Shown piece after piece: positions 9,376 to 19,105 of a DNA stretch of 64,000 bases. The notes beneath the pieces were generated by a model that was not told the origin of the DNA, searched no databases, and saw only the letters and a list, made by a program, of their open reading frames with translations. The position numbers and the translations under genes were made by a program. The first letter of the stretch is position 1. Every line of letters starts with the position of its first letter. Location of the stretch: assembly GCA_947482825.1 (NCBI GenBank), contig CANKMT010000002.1, positions 5,166 through 69,165 on the forward strand, given 5' to 3'. This DNA comes from Betaproteobacteria bacterium. GTDB lineage: Bacteria > Pseudomonadota > Gammaproteobacteria > Burkholderiales > SG8-39.

Positions 9376-10581
9376 TCAGTAGGACTTCGGCAAGCCGAGC
9401 ACGTTGTGCCCGATGTAGGCAAGGATCAGGTTGGTCGAGATCGGCGCAATGCGCTGGATGCGGGCGCCGCGCCATTTGCGCTCGATGTCGTATTCGCGGG
9501 CCATGGAATAGCCGCCGTGCGTCTGCATGCACTCCTCGCCCGAGGCCCAGGCGGCCTCCGAACTCAGGAGCCGCGCCATGTTGGCCTGTTCGCCGCACGG
9601 CAGTCCGGCATCGAACAGGGCCGCGGCGGTGCGAACCATGAGATCGGCGGCCTTGTATTGCGCGTAGGCGCGCGCGATCGGGAACTGGATCCCCTGGTTC
9701 TTGCCGATCGGATGGCCGAACACCACGCGGTCGTTGGCGTATTTGACGGCCTTGTCGATGAAGTAGCGGCAGTCCCCGAGGGACTCGTGCGCGACCAGGA
9801 TGCGCTCGGAATTCATCCCGTCGAGGATGATCCGGAACCCCTTGTTTTCCACCCCGATCAGGTTCTCGACCGGCACGCGCAGGTTGTCGTAGAAGATCTC
9901 GTTGGTCTGGTGGTTGACCATCGTCTCGATCGGCCGGATGGTCATGCCCTTGCCGACCGAATCGCGGATGTCCACCAGCAGCACCGACAGCCCGTCGGTG
10001 CGCTGTGCGCGTTCGTTGACCGGTGTCGTGCGCACCAGCAGCGTCATGAGGTCTGAATTGAGCGCGCGCGAAGTCCAGATCTTCTGCCCGTTCACGACGT
10101 AGTGGTCGCCGTCGCGCACCGCTCGCGTCTTCAGGTTGAGGGTGTCCGAGCCGGTGGTCGGCTCGGTCACGCCGAACGACTGGAACCGCAGCTTGCCCGA
10201 GGAAATACCGGGCAGGTACTTGTCCTTCTGCGCCTGGGTGCCGTGCTTGATCAGCATCTTCATCATGTACATCTGCGCCCGGATGTTGCTCGCGCTGCAG
10301 CCGGCCGCGCTGATCTCCTCGAAGATCACGCCGCCCGCGCGCAAGGGCAGTCCCGCGCCGCCGTACTCTTCGGGAATCAGCGCGGAGAGATAGCCCGATT
10401 CGGTCATGGCGGCGGTGAATTCGGCCGCATGCTCCTTGCGCGACTCCTGGTCGCGCCAGTACTCGCCGGGGAAATCCTTGCAGATCGCCTGGATCGAACG
10501 GCGGATCTCTGGATAGTCCTCGCCGTAGGGGACCGTCGGCAGGCTGACTTCGTCGCCCGCATTGCTGGCTGCTTCGCTCAT
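9376..10581 (-). CDS. Acyl-CoA dehydrogenase
   Basis: 401 aa. FGVTEPTTGSD and the conserved C-terminal helical domain. The start overlaps the upstream gene's stop. Confidence 0.93.
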   Translation of the reverse strand: MSEAASNAGDEVSLPTVPYGEDYPEIRRSIQAICKDFPGEYWRDQESRKEHAAEFTAAMTESGYLSALIPEEYGGAGLPLRAGGVIFEEISAAGCSASNIRAQMYMMKMLIKHGTQAQKDKYLPGISSGKLRFQSFGVTEPTTGSDTLNLKTRAVRDGDHYVVNGQKIWTSRALNSDLMTLLVRTTPVNERAQRTDGLSVLLVDIRDSVGKGMTIRPIETMVNHQTNEIFYDNLRVPVENLIGVENKGFRIILDGMNSERILVAHESLGDCRYFIDKAVKYANDRVVFGHPIGKNQGIQFPIARAYAQYKAADLMVRTAAALFDAGLPCGEQANMARLLSSEAAWASGEECMQTHGGYSMAREYDIERKWRGARIQRIAPISTNLILAYIGHNVLGLPKSY

Positions 10582-11753
10582 TTCTGCTGCGCCCTCCCGG
10601 TTCCAATCACCATTGCGTTGTCTGCGCCGAGCGCGGGTGGCTTCATGCGCAGCGGCGGCCGCGCGCCGTCAAACGAGACCGGCAGCCCGAGCAGCGACAT
10701 GCTGCCATCGGGCGAGCGCTGCAGCATTTCGAGCGCCTTGGTCTGCGGATGATCCATGACCTGGTCGAGCGTTTGCAGCGGCGCGCAAGGCACACCCACG
10801 GCTTCCAGCGCGGCGATCCATTCGGCCCGCGTGCGCGTGCCGACCGCTTCCTGTACCGCCGCGTTGACCAGTTCGCGATTGCGCACCCGCTCGGGGTTGG
10901 TCGCAAACCGCGGATCGTCCAGCCATTGCGGTTGCCCGAGCGCCTGGGCAAGGCGGCGGAAAAGGTTGTCGTTCCCGGCCGCGATCATCATGGGCTCGTC
11001 CGAGGCCATGAAGACCTTGTACGGCGTAAGGGACGGGTTCTCGGTGCCGCGCTTGCCGGGCACATTTCCGGTCACCTCGTACGCGGCGATATGCGACTGC
11101 ATCCAGGAAAGGCTGGTCTCGAAAAGCGAGGTGTCGATCTCGCAGCCTTCCCCGGTTTCACTGCGCCTGCGAAGCGCGGAAAGGATGCCGATCACCGCCC
11201 ACATGCCGGTGCCCACATCCACGAGCGAAGGCCCCACACGCACCGGTCCACCGCCGGGCTCGCCCGTCACGCTCATGATGCCGCCGAAGGCTTGCATGAG
11301 CGGGTCGTAACCCGGACGGTCCACCAGCGGGCCGCGGGCACCGAAGGCATGCATGTTGCAATAGACGAGATCGGGCCGGGCGCCGCGCAGGCTCGCGGCG
11401 TCCAGGCCGAGCTTGGCGATCAGGCCGGGCCGCATGTTCTGGAACACGATGTCGGCGTGCCCGAGGATGTATTCGCGCAGCGCACCGCGCTTTTCGGCAT
11501 CCTTGAGGTCGATCGCAACCGAGTGCTTGTTGCGGTTGAGTGCGTTGAACGTGCACGCCGTGCCGTTCAGGAAGGGCGGGCCCCACGAGCGTGTGTCGTC
11601 ACCGTGCTCCGGGTTCTCGACCTTGACCAGCGTCGCGCCGAGATCGCCCAGCACATGGCCCGCGAAGGGCGCCGCAACGCTGTGGCCGATCTCGACCACG
11701 ACGAGTCCCGCGAGCGGCTGGCTCGCTTCGATCGAAGGCGCGGGCTTGGTCAA
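10578..11753 (-). CDS. CaiB/BaiF family (class III) CoA-transferase
   Basis: 391 aa. LAGLVVVEIGHSVAAPFAGHVLGDLGATLVKVE. TTG start with no strong ribosome-binding site. Confidence 0.86.
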   Translation of the reverse strand: MTKPAPSIEASQPLAGLVVVEIGHSVAAPFAGHVLGDLGATLVKVENPEHGDDTRSWGPPFLNGTACTFNALNRNKHSVAIDLKDAEKRGALREYILGHADIVFQNMRPGLIAKLGLDAASLRGARPDLVYCNMHAFGARGPLVDRPGYDPLMQAFGGIMSVTGEPGGGPVRVGPSLVDVGTGMWAVIGILSALRRRSETGEGCEIDTSLFETSLSWMQSHIAAYEVTGNVPGKRGTENPSLTPYKVFMASDEPMMIAAGNDNLFRRLAQALGQPQWLDDPRFATNPERVRNRELVNAAVQEAVGTRTRAEWIAALEAVGVPCAPLQTLDQVMDHPQTKALEMLQRSPDGSMSLLGLPVSFDGARPPLRMKPPALGADNAMVIGTGRAQQK

Positions 11754-11873
11754 CGTACGATGGGATTCGGGTGGAATTCGCAGTGCATCCGGCGGCGCGG
11801 CGCACGTTCCCTGCCGCGCGCCGGATTCGAAAATGATCCTAACATGGCCCCCATCTTCCCGGCCGCCGCTGTT

Positions 11874-12659
11874 TCACCGCCCCTGCCAGACCGGGTCGCG
11901 CTTTTCGAGAAACGCGCGCGCGCCTTCCTTGCGGTCTTCCGATGCGTACGGATCGGGACCCACATCCAGCCGAAGTGCCGAAAGCAACGTCATCCCGAGC
12001 GTCTTTCGATAGGTCAGTTTCATGCGGTGCAACGACAGCGGCGCGGAGGCCGTGACTTCGGCTGCCAGCGCCATCGCCGTCTCCATGAGTTTTTCGGCTG
12101 GCGCGACCCGGTTGACCAAACCCCAGCGAACGGCTTCCTCGAGCGGCACCCGCCGGCCGGTATACAACCACTCCATGGCGATCCCCGGCGGGATGATCTG
12201 GTGCAGCACTACGGACGCGAAGTGCGCTCCCATGCCGCGCCGCGCTTCGGGCAGGCAGAACCAGGCGGTGTCGACCGCCACGCGCAGGTCGCAGGCGAGC
12301 GCCAGCTCGAAGCCGCCCGCGGTGGCCGGGCCGTTGATGATTCCCAGGATCGGCTTTCTCGACTCGATGAGGACTTCGAACGCAGTGCGGTCGGGTTGGT
12401 GCAAGGGGCCGCGATAGCGCTCGCCGCCGGCGTCCATGGCGCGAGCGTCCTTGAGGTCGGCGCCGGCACAGAAGGTCGTGCCGGCGCCGGTGATCGCGAT
12501 CAGCGAGACCGCCGGATTCACATCGGCGGCGAGGACGGCCTTGCGGATCTCGGCGTTCATTTGCTGGGAAAGCGCATTGCGCCGCTCGGGCCGGTTCAAG
12601 GTCAGCAGGCAGACCTTGTTCTCGATCGAAACCTGCAGGACTTCTTGCTCGTCATTCAT
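11874..12659 (-). CDS. Enoyl-CoA hydratase/isomerase (crotonase family)
   Basis: 261 aa. LTLNRPERRNAL...ITGAGTTFCAGADLKD crotonase signature. Confidence 0.9.
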   Translation of the reverse strand: MNDEQEVLQVSIENKVCLLTLNRPERRNALSQQMNAEIRKAVLAADVNPAVSLIAITGAGTTFCAGADLKDARAMDAGGERYRGPLHQPDRTAFEVLIESRKPILGIINGPATAGGFELALACDLRVAVDTAWFCLPEARRGMGAHFASVVLHQIIPPGIAMEWLYTGRRVPLEEAVRWGLVNRVAPAEKLMETAMALAAEVTASAPLSLHRMKLTYRKTLGMTLLSALRLDVGPDPYASEDRKEGARAFLEKRDPVWQGR

Positions 12660-12686
12660 GTTTTCTCCTCGCTGTATGATGGGCCC

Positions 12687-13661
12687 ATGCTAAGCAAATG
12701 GATTGCGGCGCCGGTGCTGGCGGCCACCTTGTTCGGCCTGCCTTGTGCTGCGTTCGCGCAGGCCTATCCTTCCAAGCCGATCCGCATGATCGCGCCCTAC
12801 CCGCCCGGGGCGTCCATGGACATCGTGGCGCGCACGCTCGCGCAGAAGATGGCCGAGTCGATGGGCCAGGCCTTCGTCGTCGAGAACAAAGCGGGCGCAA
12901 GCGGCGCGATCGGCTCGGATCTCCTCGCGCGCGCGGCGCCCGACGGCTACACGATCGGCTTCGGCAATCCCTCCACCCACGTGCTCCCGGTCGCCCTGAA
13001 GAGGAAGATGACCTACGATGCGGTGAAAGACTTCACCCCGGTGGGCGTGATCGCGAAGAACATCCTGGCGATCGTGGTTCAACCTTCGCTCGGGATCACG
13101 ACGGTGCGGGAGCTGGTCGACTACGCGCGCAGCAATCCCGGCAAGATTGCCTACGGCACGCCGGGTAACGGGACTTCGCACCACATGATCGGCGAGATGC
13201 TGAACGAAGTCGCCAAGGTGGATCTGCTGCACGTCCCTTACAAAGGCGGCGGACCGGCCATCGCCGACCTGCTCTCGGGCCAGATCCCGATGAACATCGC
13301 CAGCTTCACCACCGTCGTGCCTTACGTGAAGAGCGGCCGGGCGCGCGTGATCGCAATCCTCGACGACCGGCGATATGCGGATATGCCCGAAATCCAGACC
13401 GGCATCGAGTCTTACCCCGGATTCGAAGCCCGCGCCTCGTGGATCGGCATGTTCGGTCCGGCGGGAATTCCTCCGGAAATCGTCACCAGGGTCCACACCG
13501 AACTGAGAAAGGCGCTCGAGGACCCGGAAGTAAGAAAACGCCTTGAGGCCAACGGCTTCGAGATCATCGGCGGCTCGCCGGCGGAATTCCGTACTTTCCT
13601 CGCCGCGGACATCGCACTCTGGAGCCGGGTGGCCAATGCCCGCAAGATCAAGGTCGATTGA
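12687..13661 (+). CDS. Bug/TctC-family tripartite tricarboxylate transporter substrate-binding protein
   Basis: Internal ATG of the 970-aa ORF. Signal peptide then AQAYPSKPIRMIAPYPPGASMDIVAR, the Bug-family N-terminal hallmark. Confidence 0.9.
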   Translation: MLSKWIAAPVLAATLFGLPCAAFAQAYPSKPIRMIAPYPPGASMDIVARTLAQKMAESMGQAFVVENKAGASGAIGSDLLARAAPDGYTIGFGNPSTHVLPVALKRKMTYDAVKDFTPVGVIAKNILAIVVQPSLGITTVRELVDYARSNPGKIAYGTPGNGTSHHMIGEMLNEVAKVDLLHVPYKGGGPAIADLLSGQIPMNIASFTTVVPYVKSGRARVIAILDDRRYADMPEIQTGIESYPGFEARASWIGMFGPAGIPPEIVTRVHTELRKALEDPEVRKRLEANGFEIIGGSPAEFRTFLAADIALWSRVANARKIKVD

Positions 13662-13703
13662 GTTGGGTGCGAAACCTCGCAAGATAGGCGCGCCCGTTCC
13701 GGG

Positions 13704-14651
13704 TTAACCGATCTTGACGCCGGACCGGACCACCTGGGTCCAGCGCTCGATATCGTCGCGCACCAATTTTCCCAGGGCCTCGGGGCTCGAATGCGTGGCC
13801 ACCAGTCCGGCGGCGTTCATCGTGCGACGGGTTTCGGCCAGCTTGAGCGCTCTCCCGATCTCGGCGTTCAATCGGGAAATCACCGCCGCGCTCGTGCCGG
13901 CCGGGGCGAACACGCCGCTCCAGCCCGAGACATCGAAGCCGGGAAACGACTCCGCAAGCGTGGCGACTTCGGGGATCTCCTCGTAGCGCGCGGAGTCCGT
14001 GATCGCCAACAGCCGCACGCGCCCGGCGCGCATGAACGGCAGAACCGCGGCGAGGCTCGCAACCGAAACGGGAATCTGGCCACTCACCAGGTCGGCCACC
14101 GCGGGTCCGCCGCCTTTGTAGGGAATATGCAGCATGTCGATTCCGGCGCGCTGATTGAGCAGCTCGCCCGCGAGTTGGTGCGGCGTGCCCATCCCGGGCG
14201 TGCCGAACGACAGGGTTCCGGGCCTGGCCCTCGCGTGCAGGAGAAATTCTTCCAGAGTCCTGGCCGGCAGGGACGGGTGAATCGCGATCGAGAGCACATT
14301 GCGGTGAATCAGTGAGACCGGCGCGAAATCGGTCAACGGGTCATAGGACAGTTTCGGGAACACCACGCGATTCGAGGCCTGGTTCGCGGTGTTGAACAGC
14401 AGCGTATGGCCGTCGGGCGCGGCGCGCGCCACCGCTTCGGCGCCGACGATGCCGCTCGCACCCGGCCGATTGTCGACCACAAAAGCATGGCCCAGCGATT
14501 CGGCAAGTTTTTGGGCGAGCAGGCGAGCGCTCGTATCGGCCGACGACCCCGGCGGCCACGCCACGATCAGGCGCACGGGCTTCGAGGGATAAGGTTCGCT
14601 CGCCCACGCAGCGCCCTTGCCTAGAAGCAGCGCGGCACCGAAGCCGGCCAA
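13704..14651 (-). CDS. Bug/TctC-family substrate-binding protein
   Basis: EPYPSKPVRLIVAWPPGSSADTSARLLAQ. TTG start with a short signal peptide, so the true N-terminus is uncertain. Confidence 0.86.
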   Translation of the reverse strand: MAGFGAALLLGKGAAWASEPYPSKPVRLIVAWPPGSSADTSARLLAQKLAESLGHAFVVDNRPGASGIVGAEAVARAAPDGHTLLFNTANQASNRVVFPKLSYDPLTDFAPVSLIHRNVLSIAIHPSLPARTLEEFLLHARARPGTLSFGTPGMGTPHQLAGELLNQRAGIDMLHIPYKGGGPAVADLVSGQIPVSVASLAAVLPFMRAGRVRLLAITDSARYEEIPEVATLAESFPGFDVSGWSGVFAPAGTSAAVISRLNAEIGRALKLAETRRTMNAAGLVATHSSPEALGKLVRDDIERWTQVVRSGVKIG

Positions 14652-14671
14652 AACCGACCTGCGCGACGTTC

Positions 14672-15172
14672 TTATGCGCCGCCCGGCCCTGCGGCCTGTT
14701 GCTTGAGCAGCTGCATCATGCCGCCGGCGGTAACAATGCGCACGAGTTCCGGTGCCAGCGGCGTGCCGCGGATTTCGGTGCCGCGCGTCTTGTTCCTGAC
14801 GAGCGACTGCGCGAAATCGAGCTCGAGTTCTTCGCCTTCCTCGAACTCAGCCGTGACGCCTTTGCAGATCAGCACCGGAAAAGCGATCGCGATGCTGTTA
14901 CGCAAAAAGATCCGGCCGAACGATTCGGCCACCACGCAGCCGACTTCGAGGCGCTTGAGGTTCGCCGGCGCCGCCTCGCGCGAAGAGCCGCAGCCGAAAT
15001 TCTCGCCGGCGACGATCACGTCGCCGGGCTTGAAGCCCGATGTGAATCCGGGATGGATATGGAGGATCGCTTTCTTCACGAGTTCCCAAGGCTGGTTCTT
15101 CACGAATCCCGGCGCCATGTAGTCGGTGTTGATGTCGTCGCCGAATTTCCACACGCGGCCGCGGATGTTCAT
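14672..15172 (-). CDS. Aconitase-family dehydratase small subunit (LeuD-like)
   Basis: 166 aa from ATG MNIRGRVWKFGDDINTDYM...GENFGCGSSREAA. ATGA overlap with the large subunit. Confidence 0.88.
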   Translation of the reverse strand: MNIRGRVWKFGDDINTDYMAPGFVKNQPWELVKKAILHIHPGFTSGFKPGDVIVAGENFGCGSSREAAPANLKRLEVGCVVAESFGRIFLRNSIAIAFPVLICKGVTAEFEEGEELELDFAQSLVRNKTRGTEIRGTPLAPELVRIVTAGGMMQLLKQQAAGPGGA

Positions 15173-16437
15173 TGCGGGCCCTTGGGCAGATATTTGCGAG
15201 GATCGGCGATCCGGCCTTCGATCGCCGAAGCCGCCACCGTTTCGGGCGAGGCGAGGTAGAGGAAGCTTTCGGCGCTGCCGCCGCGGCCCTTGAAGTTGCG
15301 GTTGGTGCTCGCGATGCCGGTCTCCCCCGGACCGAGCACCCCCGTGGAGCCGCCGGCGCACGGCCCGCAACCGGGCGTGCCGACCATCGCGCCGGCTTCG
15401 ACCAGCGTTGCGAGCGACCCGTTCTTCATCGCCTCCACCATCACTTCGTGCGAAGCCGGTATCACCAAGAAGCGCGTGCCAGGCGCCACCTTGCGGCCCT
15501 TCATGATCAATGCGGCGCGTTGAAGGTCCTCGGCGTGCGCGTTGGTGCAGGAACCGATGAAAGCCTGGTCGACGCGAATTTCCGACAGTTCGGACACGTT
15601 CTTCACGTTGTCCGGCTTGTGCGGGATCGCGACCTGCGGCTCGATCTTCGAGCAGTCGATCGTGTGCACCGCCTCGTAGTCCGCATCCTCGTCCGGCCCG
15701 AAAGCCCGCACCGGAACATTGGTGCGCGCGCGCAGGTATTCGACCGTGGTTGCGTCTGCGGCGAACAGCGCGAACTTCGCGCCCATCTCGGACGAGATGT
15801 TCGCAAGCGTGAGCCGGCCCTCCATGCTCATCGACTCCGCCGCCGGGCCGGCGAACTCGACCGACTTGTATTGCCCGGCCTGCGTCGTGAACTTGCCAAG
15901 CAGCGCGAGCATGAGATCCTTGGGCGCGACGCCATGCCCAAGCCTGCCGGTGAGGTTGAACTTGATCGACGGCGGCACCTGGAACCAGAGCTTGCCGGTG
16001 TACATCACATAGGCGAGTTCGGTAAGGCCGATGCCGGTCGAGGCTGCCCCGAGCGCGCCGTAGGTGGTCGAATGCGAATCGCTGCCGACGATGAGCTGGC
16101 CGGGCAGCGCATGGCCCTTTTCCGGGATCACTTTGTGCTCGATGCCCACGCCCGCATCGTAGAAATGCCGGATGCCGAGTTCCTTCACGGTCGCGCGGAT
16201 GCCGCGATGCATCTCGGCCACCATCGGCGTGTTGGCCGGCACCCAGTGGTCGATGACCACGACGATTTTTTCGGGGTCGAAGACGCGCTTCAGGCCAATG
16301 TCTTCCAGCGCTTTGCACGACTGCGGGAACTGCGCGTCGTTGGCCATCACGAGGTCGACGGCGGCGGTGAGGAACTCGCCCGGGCGGACACGTGCTCGGC
16401 CGCTTGCGCGAGCGAGGATCTTCTCCGCCATGGTCAT
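15169..16437 (-). CDS. Aconitase-family dehydratase large subunit (LeuC/HacA-like)
   Basis: MTMAEKILARAS start. GSDSHSTTYGALGA and GSCTNAH, PGCGPCAG Fe-S cluster ligand motifs. Confidence 0.9.
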   Translation of the reverse strand: MTMAEKILARASGRARVRPGEFLTAAVDLVMANDAQFPQSCKALEDIGLKRVFDPEKIVVVIDHWVPANTPMVAEMHRGIRATVKELGIRHFYDAGVGIEHKVIPEKGHALPGQLIVGSDSHSTTYGALGAASTGIGLTELAYVMYTGKLWFQVPPSIKFNLTGRLGHGVAPKDLMLALLGKFTTQAGQYKSVEFAGPAAESMSMEGRLTLANISSEMGAKFALFAADATTVEYLRARTNVPVRAFGPDEDADYEAVHTIDCSKIEPQVAIPHKPDNVKNVSELSEIRVDQAFIGSCTNAHAEDLQRAALIMKGRKVAPGTRFLVIPASHEVMVEAMKNGSLATLVEAGAMVGTPGCGPCAGGSTGVLGPGETGIASTNRNFKGRGGSAESFLYLASPETVAASAIEGRIADPRKYLPKGPQ

Positions 16438-16506
16438 GCCGTGCATGCGACCCATTAGATGCGCAGCCCGACCGCAACACAAGGGTGGCTTGCGAAACGC
16501 CGCGCT

Positions 16507-17397
16507 TCAGCGCTTCTTAAGCGGCGACTCGAGATGGCGGTAGATCTCTGTATGGTCGGCGCCCGCGCGAAGACTTTTCTCGGCCGCATCCCACAGCTGG
16601 CGCGTGCGGCGGGCGAGCGGCGCACCCCTGCCGACCGAACGGGCAAGGGAATCGGCAATTCGCACGTCCTTGGCCATCAGCGCGAGTGCGAATCCAGAGC
16701 CGAACGCGCCGGAGAGCACATGCTGCCTTACCTTGTTCTCGGTGGTGCTGTTTCGGCTGGCCGAGGCGTTAAAAATGTCGGTCATCAGCGCGGGATCGAG
16801 GCCGAACGCGCGGCCCACGATCACGGCCTCGAATGCGGCGATCGTGCCGGCCGCCGCGATGTAGTTGTTGAGCGCCTTGACCGCGTGGCCGGCGCCCAGC
16901 GGCCCGGCGTGGAAGATCCGCTGGCCAAGCACTTCGAGCAGCGGACGCATTTTCCTGAACGTAACAGCGTTGCCGCCCGCCATGATAGTAAGAGTCCCGC
17001 TCCGCGCGCCTTCAACGCGACCGGACACCGGCGCATCGATCAAGCGGACGCCGCGCCCGGCGAGTTCCGCGCCCAGCCCGCGGGTCGCCACCGGGTCGGA
17101 GGAACTCATGTCGATCACGACGGCGCCTGCCGCGAGTACGCTTGCAGCGCCCTTGCGCCCGAGCAGCGTGGAGCGCACCGCGTGGCCGTCAGGCAACATG
17201 GTGACCAGCACTTGGGCGCCGGCCGCCGCTTCGGCCGGCGAGGCGCAAGCCTCGGCGCCGCGCACGCGCGCGCCGGGCGCCTTGTCGTAGACGCGCAACG
17301 GATAGCCCGCGGCGGCGAGGCGCGCGGCCATCGGCCGGCCCATGCGGCCGAGGCCGATGAAGGCAATGGTCCATTTCGGGGCGCTGCGGGTCTTCAT
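16507..17397 (-). CDS. NAD(P)-dependent 3-hydroxyisobutyrate dehydrogenase-family oxidoreductase
   Basis: Internal ATG MKTRSAPKWTIAFIGLGRMGRPMAARL (Rossmann GxGxxG) and HIBADH-type C-terminal domain. Confidence 0.88.
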   Translation of the reverse strand: MKTRSAPKWTIAFIGLGRMGRPMAARLAAAGYPLRVYDKAPGARVRGAEACASPAEAAAGAQVLVTMLPDGHAVRSTLLGRKGAASVLAAGAVVIDMSSSDPVATRGLGAELAGRGVRLIDAPVSGRVEGARSGTLTIMAGGNAVTFRKMRPLLEVLGQRIFHAGPLGAGHAVKALNNYIAAAGTIAAFEAVIVGRAFGLDPALMTDIFNASASRNSTTENKVRQHVLSGAFGSGFALALMAKDVRIADSLARSVGRGAPLARRTRQLWDAAEKSLRAGADHTEIYRHLESPLKKR

Positions 17398-17519
17398 GAC
17401 GGGCACTTTGCCTGATTCCCCGCTCTCGCGGAGCGTGTTGCCGGCCGGCCTTCCCCTGATACACTCACGATCCGGGGCACCGCACACCACCTACAGACCC
17501 CTTGAATTCCGGAGGAGAG

Positions 17520-18557
17520 ATGAAAGCCATGCACAAGACCGTACTCGCGGCGCTCGCCGCTTTTGCGACGGGCAGCCTGCTCGTCCCGCAAGCCGCCAAC
17601 GCGCAGACCACGCTCACGATGTCTTCGTGGGTTTCGCCGGCGCACCACCTCACGCACACGGTGTTGCAGGGGTGGGCCAACGACGTCGAAAAAGCCACCG
17701 GCGGCCGGGTCAAGTTCCAGATGCTGCCCAAGCACCCCTCGGCCCCGCCGGGAACCTTCGACGCGGTGCGCGACGGACTCATGGACCTTTCCTACGTCAC
17801 GGCGAGCTACACGCCGGCCCGGCACACGATGCCGTTGATGCCGGAACTGCCGGGCGCGGGCAATACCGCTGAGGTCAACTCGGTTGCCTTCTCGCGCATC
17901 CACTGGAAGCACTTCGACAAGCTCGGCGAATACAAGGGCGTCAAGCTCCTTGGCGTGTTCACGCACGGCCCGGGCCAGATGTTCACCAAGAAGCCGGTCG
18001 CCACCATCGGCGACCTGCAGGGCCTCAAGATCCGTACCGGCGGCGGCGTGGCTGAGTCGGTGGCCAAGGCGCTGGGCACTTCCGCCTTCGTGAAGCCCGC
18101 GCCGGAATCCTACGAACTGCTCAATTCGGGCGTCGCCGACGGAGTGTTCTTCCCGCTCGAATCGATCGCCTCGTTCAAGCTCGAGACGGTGATCCAGCAG
18201 GCCACGCTGTTCCCGGGCGGGATGTACAGCTCGGCGTTCGGGTTCTTCATGAACGAAGACAAGTGGAACAAGCTGCCCAAGGCCGACCAGGACGCGATCC
18301 TGAAGTTGTCCGGTGAGCACATTGCGCGCTTTGCGGGCAAGTCGTGGGACAAGGCCGACGAGGCCGGGTTGGCGGCGCTGAAGAAGAACAACGTGAAGAT
18401 CGTCAATGCAGACGCGGCCCTCGTCAAGGAAGTCCAGAGCCGCTCGGCGCCGATCATCGACGACTGGGTCAAGAAGGCCAGCGCCAAGGGCATCGACGGC
18501 GCCAAAGTGCTTGCCGAGTTCCGCGAGGAACTGAAAAAGGTCGCCGCCGGCCAATGA
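17520..18557 (+). CDS. dctP: TRAP transporter substrate-binding protein (DctP family)
   Basis: GGAGGAGA ribosome-binding site then ATG MKAMHKTVLAALAAF signal peptide. DctP-like body, followed by Q and M subunits. Confidence 0.88.
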   Translation: MKAMHKTVLAALAAFATGSLLVPQAANAQTTLTMSSWVSPAHHLTHTVLQGWANDVEKATGGRVKFQMLPKHPSAPPGTFDAVRDGLMDLSYVTASYTPARHTMPLMPELPGAGNTAEVNSVAFSRIHWKHFDKLGEYKGVKLLGVFTHGPGQMFTKKPVATIGDLQGLKIRTGGGVAESVAKALGTSAFVKPAPESYELLNSGVADGVFFPLESIASFKLETVIQQATLFPGGMYSSAFGFFMNEDKWNKLPKADQDAILKLSGEHIARFAGKSWDKADEAGLAALKKNNVKIVNADAALVKEVQSRSAPIIDDWVKKASAKGIDGAKVLAEFREELKKVAAGQ

Positions 18558-18582
18558 CCGTTCGGCAGGCGCCGGACTGCCG

Positions 18583-19092
18583 ATGAGCCCCGTCCCGGCC
18601 ACCGCCTGGGAGCGCCGCTTCGACGCGGCGCTCGGCTTTGCCGCATCGGTGATCCTGTTCTCGATGATGCTGATCACGTTCGTCGACGTGATCGGGCGCT
18701 ACGTCTTCAACCGCCCGATGCGCGGCGCGTTCGAGATCACCGAGCTCATGCTGCTCGTGCTGATCTTCGCCGGCCTGCCCCTGGTCTCGCACGCCGACGA
18801 GCACGTGACCATGGATTTCATCGACAACCTCTTCGGCTCGTTCGGCCGCAGGGTCGTGATCGCGATCGCGCATCTCGTCTGCGCGGCAACGATGCTCGGA
18901 CTTGCCTGGCTGATCTGGGTCAAGGCCGGCAAGATCGCGAGCTACGGCGACACCACCGACGTGCTGCGCATCACCATCGGCCCCTTCGTGTACTTCATGG
19001 CGGCAATGATCGCGCTTTCCGGATTGATCCACACATGGAAGATCTTCGCGCCGGGCAATCCCGCTTCCACTTCCGGCGCGCCGACAACCTGA
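18583..19092 (+). CDS. dctQ: TRAP transporter small permease (DctQ family)
   Basis: 169 aa with four hydrophobic segments, positioned between the P and M subunits. Confidence 0.85.
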   Translation: MSPVPATAWERRFDAALGFAASVILFSMMLITFVDVIGRYVFNRPMRGAFEITELMLLVLIFAGLPLVSHADEHVTMDFIDNLFGSFGRRVVIAIAHLVCAATMLGLAWLIWVKAGKIASYGDTTDVLRITIGPFVYFMAAMIALSGLIHTWKIFAPGNPASTSGAPTT

Positions 19093-19105
19093 TGGCGGCA
19101 CGCCG

